A stretch of 17,951 nucleotides of DNA from Vulcanimicrobiales bacterium (GTDB lineage: Bacteria; Vulcanimicrobiota; Vulcanimicrobiia; Vulcanimicrobiales; Vulcanimicrobiaceae): positions 1 to 17,951 of the forward strand of contig JBBQQR010000031.1 in the NCBI GenBank assembly GCA_038215615.1. Direction: 5' to 3'. The notes under the pieces are model-generated. The model ran no database searches. It had not been told where the DNA came from and worked only from the letters and a program-made list of their open reading frames with translations. The first letter of the stretch is position 1; each line of letters opens with the position of its first letter. The position numbers were made by a program, and so were the translations under genes. This document shows, piece by piece, positions 16,421-17,951 of this stretch.

Positions 16421-17353
16421 ATGGCGACCTCCGCGACCTCTTCGGCAACTGTTCGCGCCGCGTTTGCCGGGCTGATCGACTACGCCGGGCTCTTTCCTCC
16501 GGCGCAGCTCGGAATGGAAGCGGCGCTCGCCGAGTATGCCCGAGCTGGCAGCGGACGACATGCGTGGATGCTCGCGCGATTCATCGTTGCGGAGTCGCGG
16601 GTCGGCGAGCTGCTGCAGTACGATCCGGCGCCGATTCCGCTGAATATTATCGTCGGAACGGCAGATGACTCGCGGACATGGTTTGCAGCCGTACAAGCGT
16701 CGCTGGCGCGCATTGCGGCGCACAGAGCGTCGGGCGTACGGATCGAAGCACTTGAGTTGCCGCTCCCGCTGCCGATATCGCTGCGCGAAACTTATGATGC
16801 TGCCATCGGACAGTATTCGGCTGCCGTCGCCCAAAGCGGTCTGAGCGATCTTTCTTCATATATAGAGCTTCCGCCGCACGAACGGCGCAATGCGCTGCTC
16901 CCCGGTGCTTTGGCGTCGATGAAGCGGCACCGCTTGCGCGCAAAGCTGCGGTGCGGAGGAGTGACTGCCTCTTCAATACCGCCCGTCTACGATGTCGCAT
17001 CGTTCCTGCGTGCCGCGGGCGAGGAAGACCTCGCCTTTAAGGCGACGGCCGGGCTGCATCATCCGGTACGCGGGTACAATGAAGAAAGCGGACTTGTGAT
17101 GCACGGGTTTCTCAACGTGCTGACAGCAGCGGCTCTTGTGCGGCAAGGAGCGGACGAAGAGACCGTCATCGCGTCTCTAGAAGATGATGATGCAAGCCAC
17201 TTCGCTTTGGACCGCGACGGGTTGCGCTGGCGCGACACCGCGATCGGTGAGGATGCGCTGCGCGATACGCGCGCGAACAGTTTTCATTCCTACGGAAGCT
17301 GCAGCTTCGGCGAGCCGGTCGACGATTTGACCGCGCTTGGATTGATTGCATAG
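16421..17353 (+). CDS. Conserved hypothetical protein of a family often found beside homogentisate-pathway genes
   Basis: Start ATG 16421. Motif-like blocks AGLIDYAGLFPPA, KLRCGG, FKATAGLHHPVR, HGFLN and SYGSCSFGEP. Its TAG overlaps the fahA GTG. Confidence 0.8.
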   Translation: MATSATSSATVRAAFAGLIDYAGLFPPAQLGMEAALAEYARAGSGRHAWMLARFIVAESRVGELLQYDPAPIPLNIIVGTADDSRTWFAAVQASLARIAAHRASGVRIEALELPLPLPISLRETYDAAIGQYSAAVAQSGLSDLSSYIELPPHERRNALLPGALASMKRHRLRAKLRCGGVTASSIPPVYDVASFLRAAGEEDLAFKATAGLHHPVRGYNEESGLVMHGFLNVLTAAALVRQGADEETVIASLEDDDASHFALDRDGLRWRDTAIGEDALRDTRANSFHSYGSCSFGEPVDDLTALGLIA

Positions 17354-17951
17354 TGCCTGAATCTTGGGTGCCCGTCCCGGCCGGTTCCGGATTTCCGCTT
17401 GAGAATCTCCCTTACGGCGTGGTTAGCTGCAAGGATGGAGCGCACATCGGCGTGGCGATCGGCGACTCGATCTTCGACGTGCATGCTGCGTCGCACGCCG
17501 GTCTGTTTGGCGATTCTTCCTTGAGTGCAGCGCTGCGCGCCGCTTCGTTGAACGAATTACTGGGGCTCGGGCGTCAGGCGTGGACCGGTGTGCGCAGCCG
17601 GCTGTTGGAGCTGCTGGCGAGGTTGTCTCCGATCGCGTCTGCCGATCGGCCAAACTTTATTCTGTCACGCGATTCGACGCGTATGATCATGCCGTTTGAA
17701 GTGCGCGACTACGTGGATTTCTACTCCTCGCTTGAGCATGCAACGAATCTGGGGAAGATCATGCGGCCCGGCACGGAGCCGCTGCTGCCGAATTGGCGTC
17801 GGCTGCCGGTCGGATATCACGGACGTGCGGGAACAGTTGTCGTCGACGGCACGCCTGTCGTTAGGCCGCGTGGACAGATCAAACAGGAAAGCGGCGAGCC
17901 CAAGTTCGCGCCGACGGCGATGCTCGATATCGAACTCGAACTAGGTTTTGT
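17353..17951 (+). CDS. fahA: Fumarylacetoacetase, 3' end beyond the right edge of the window
   Basis: Manual translation from GTG 17353: MPESWVPVPAGSGFPLENLPYGV...IGVAIGD...DYVDFYSSLEHATNLG...LLPNWRRLPVGYHGRAGTVVVDGTPVVRPRGQ...LDIELELGF. Confidence 0.95.
   Translation, partial: MPESWVPVPAGSGFPLENLPYGVVSCKDGAHIGVAIGDSIFDVHAASHAGLFGDSSLSAALRAASLNELLGLGRQAWTGVRSRLLELLARLSPIASADRPNFILSRDSTRMIMPFEVRDYVDFYSSLEHATNLGKIMRPGTEPLLPNWRRLPVGYHGRAGTVVVDGTPVVRPRGQIKQESGEPKFAPTAMLDIELELGF

Overview
GC-rich, very compact bacterial chromosomal window made up mostly of metabolic genes. The gene set and lipoprotein style suggest a Terrabacteria lineage such as Ca. Eremiobacterota, but this is an inference. From left to right it holds: 5' part of a class II (B12) ribonucleotide reductase nrdJ (-), preceded by a Gram-positive-type LexA box and two NrdR boxes; yqeG-like HAD phosphatase and aroE (+); tRNA-Ser(GGA) (-) with a structured upstream region; a short non-catalytic ALDH-like protein (-); a DpsL/bacterioferritin-like gene (+); two 5'-truncated genes joined back to back near 5840 (an unknown protein on -, a UbiB/ABC1 kinase on +); a tightly coupled ~9.4 kb minus-strand run hppD-deoC-ALDH-PAS/GGDEF/EAL-EgtB/OvoA-like-ABC SBP-icd; and, divergent from hppD, a conserved hypothetical gene followed by fahA (+, runs off the end). 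No CRISPR array, transposase or phage gene was seen. The main oddities are: a PAS domain with no in-frame start codon, lying in frame directly behind the ALDH TGA; an apparently split ALDH16-like system whose halves lie 8 kb apart; the double-truncation junction; an orphan sulfoxide-synthase-like enzyme; and the unknown gene coupled to fahA.
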